Shown one piece after another: positions 60,108 to 63,412 of a stretch of 63,412 bases of DNA. Each line of letters opens with the position of its first letter. The stretch's first letter is position 1. Below the pieces are notes generated by a model. That model did no database searches, was not told the DNA's origin, and saw nothing but the letters and a program-made list of their open reading frames with translations. The DNA comes from Eledone cirrhosa (lineage: Eukaryota). A program made the position numbers and the translations under genes. The DNA lies in the NCBI GenBank assembly GCA_964016885.1, contig CAXHJY010001650.1, positions 1 through 63,412 on the forward strand, read 5' to 3'.

Positions 60108-60672
60108 GTGTGTGTATATATAATACTCAAGAGTGTCAATTGCCTTAATCCGAACTAATACGAACCTACACCAGGCTCATGCTAACCACGAACCCAACGA
60201 AACGTAAACCTTAATCCTAAAATCAACACCTCCCACCCTCCAAACACACATACCACACAAAACATTAACCTAATTTCAAATGCGTCCTTCAAAATCTTGC
60301 TCCCTAAACCTCGCGGCAAAACAACAACCAGCCATTCGTTCCAAATTACTGGTATGGGTGACGATCGACTTCATCAGGCTACAGCCGTCAAAATCCGATA
60401 ATTCACACGTATCTAATATATATATGTATATCATTTAAGTGTTATCCACACCTTTACCTTAGTATCTCTTCTCTCGACGAGCTTTTGCCACCAGAACAAC
60501 TTTTTTTTTTTGTCTTTTCCGCCGCCATTTTACAATGTGACTTTTCTGAGGTTTTTTTTCTAGGATTTATCTCAACTATTCTTGCAAGATATTGTCTGCA
60601 CTTGTAATGTGCAGTGTACAGTTGTTTTCTTGTTTCTGTTATGTAGTGTATCAGTGTATGTGTGTGTTTTCA

Positions 60673-60715
<43 letters not shown>

Positions 60716-60969
60716 AGGTATGTGCGTGTTTGCAAGTGTGTGTGTTTACAAGTGTGCATGTATGTATGTGTGCGTGTGAGTGCATATGTGTGCGTGCATG
60801 AATGTGTGCGCGTGCATGAATGTGTGCGCGTGCATGTATGCGCGTGCATGTGTGCGCGTGCATGTGTGCGCGTGCATGTGTGCGCGTGCTGGTGTGCGCG
60901 TGCATGTATGTGTGTTTGCAAATGTGTGTGTGTGTGTGTTTGCAAGTGTGTGTGTGTGTGTGTTTGCAA

Positions 60970-61016
<47 letters not shown>

Positions 61017-61440
61017 AAAGTATGTGTGTGTTTTGTTTGATTTTTTTTTTCAGATGTTTTACTGATCGTGTTGCTATCATCGTTCTAATGTTGTTGTTGT
61101 TGGTGTTGGTGTATCACTTTCTGTCAGTGTGTGTGCGTGTGCGTGTGTGCGAGTGTGCGTGTGTGCGAGTGTGCGTGTTTTGGTTTTACGAAGTATGTGT
61201 ATGTATTCGAGGTTCATTGGTAATGCTGCTGCTGTTGGCGATGATGATGATGATAAACGGAAGGTGGAGGAGGAGGATGAGGATGAGGAGGTGACTGTGA
61301 GGTGGTGGCAGTGACTGGTGGTGGTGGAGGTATATTAATAAAATGACTGATGAACCCACCTGAGGGGAGTTTTTAACCTTGAATTGCGAGGATAATGTTA
61401 GTTTATTGAAAGTTTTCTAGTCAGTATATTTACCTTCTGG

Positions 61441-61616
<176 letters not shown>

Positions 61617-61711
61617 ATATATATATATAATATATATATACACACATATGTATATATATATATATATAAATATATGTGTTATATATATATATATATATAC
61701 ATATGTGTGTG

Positions 61712-61743
<32 letters not shown>

Positions 61744-61802
61744 CATATATATACATAGACATATATATATATATATATATATATACATAGACATATATAT
61801 AC

Positions 61803-61834
<32 letters not shown>

Positions 61835-61884
61835 ATAGATATATATATACATAGACATATATATATATATATATATATACATAT

Positions 61885-61929
<45 letters not shown>

Positions 61930-62107
61930 GACATATATATACATATATATACATAGACATATATATATATATATATACATAGACATATATATACATATAT
62001 ATACATGACATATATATAAATATACATACATAGACATATATATACATATATATATATACATATACATACATAGACATATATATACATATATATACATAGA
62101 CGTATAT

Positions 62108-62140
<33 letters not shown>

Positions 62141-62291
62141 CAATATATATACATATATATACATAGACATATATACTATATATACATAGACATATATATA
62201 TATATATATATATATCACATATACATAGAAATATATATACATAATATATATACATATATATATATATACAATATATTTATATATATAGCAT

Positions 62292-62327
<36 letters not shown>

Positions 62328-62792
62328 TACACATATATACACATAAATACATATATGTATATAAATATTATCTTATATGGTATATATTATGCATATATAT
62401 ATATATTATATATATATATATAATCTTATGGTATATGTATGTGTATATATATATATATAATCTTATATGGTATATATTATGCATATATATGTGTGTGTAT
62501 ATATATGTGTGTGTGTGCGTGTGTGCGTGTGTATCGCGATATTTTCTTTTTCAAGAATGAAGACACTAAATGCGTTTAAAATATTGAAAATTTCTGTCAT
62601 TCATTTAACAGTCGAGAAAATGAGGAGGATTTTGTTTAAAAACCGGTAATTATACAAATTTAATCAAATTATATAATTATACGCCTCTTAACACGATGAA
62701 TGGCGCTAGAGTATAGAGGGAGTTACGTGTCAATCTCCTGTTCAAGTGAGATAATTCTCCCAAGCAAGTTTTGCTTCTTTACTTATTTGTTG

Positions 62793-62826
<34 letters not shown>

Positions 62827-63115
62827 ATATTTATATATATTTACATGTATAATAAAGGATATATTTACATGTATATATCTATTTATATATATATGTATAT
62901 ATTTACATGTATATATTTATATATATATGTATTTATAAACATATTTACATGTATATATTTAAATGTATATATTTACATGTATATATTTACATGTATATAT
63001 TTGCATGTATATATTTACATATATATATATTTATTTATATACATATTTACATGTATATATTTATTCATGTATATATTTAATTATATACATATTTAGATGT
63101 ATATATTTATTTATG

Positions 63116-63164
<49 letters not shown>

Positions 63165-63372
63165 CATATATATATATTTATTTAAGCGCCATTTTTTATT
63201 CATTTTTAAACTGTACAATTAAATAATGATAAATCTACCAACTATTTTTTTTACAAAAGAATACAAGTCTTATTTTCTTTCAATACATAATTATTATTTC
63301 CTATATAATCATTATTATTATCATTATTATTATCATTATTATTATCATTATTATTATTACCATTAGAGGGGG

Positions 63373-63412
63373 GATTGGCAGTATAGGTAGAGAGTCGGAC
63401 GCCATGCTTTGA
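63373..63412 (+). mobile_element. 5' head of a SINE, cut off by the window end
   Basis: TGGCAGTATAGGTAGAGAGTCGGACGCCATGCTTTGA matches the heads of the other copies. Confidence 0.75.

Noticed and set aside
60140-60310. CCTAA-like words suggesting telomeric repeat or a Helentron remnant
   Set aside because: Too sparse and degenerate to support either call.
60356-60380. Minus-strand CTGATGA followed by CGATCG-TC
   Set aside because: No stem II, GAAA or stem I pairing.
60518-60531. YY1-like GCCGCCATTTT and similar words elsewhere
   Set aside because: Short motifs with no independent evidence of function.
61340-61410. CTGATGA...GAAAG..CTAGTCAGT
   Set aside because: No convincing stems II or III could be drawn.

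Overview
This is a eukaryotic, AT-rich, repeat-saturated window. It is most likely cephalopod (octopus-like); I infer that from the SINE/LINE types and the very long (TA)n tracts. I can support no host protein-coding gene, and almost all listed ORFs are translations of microsatellites. The recognisable content is: a near-full-length RTE-clade LINE (56068-59146, -) with a truncated sister copy; a CR1-group LINE with an open 566-aa RT frame; a decayed Tx1/L1-clade LINE whose 3' ends stack in (TATC)n; a ~600-bp bipartite non-autonomous RTE derivative (4 copies); tRNA-derived Nin/Deu-type SINEs; a Tc1/mariner MITE; and a ~32 x 111-bp satellite amplified from a LINE coding segment. The main hidden signal is in the short 'unique' islands between the (TA)n tracts. 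Many carry type I hammerhead-ribozyme (HHR) folds: more than 20 full or partial motifs from roughly ten unrelated sequence families. They share an architecture of HHR, nearby AATAAA, a TTGAGT(G/A)CT tail motif and then (TA)n, and many copies are fold-back palindromes. This matches Penelope-like element pseudo-LTRs or retrozyme-like non-autonomous elements. Several have atypical cores (CAGAAGA, CUGAAUGA, U-U at the stem II base, 60-105-nt stem II). All folds were read by eye and none has been tested.
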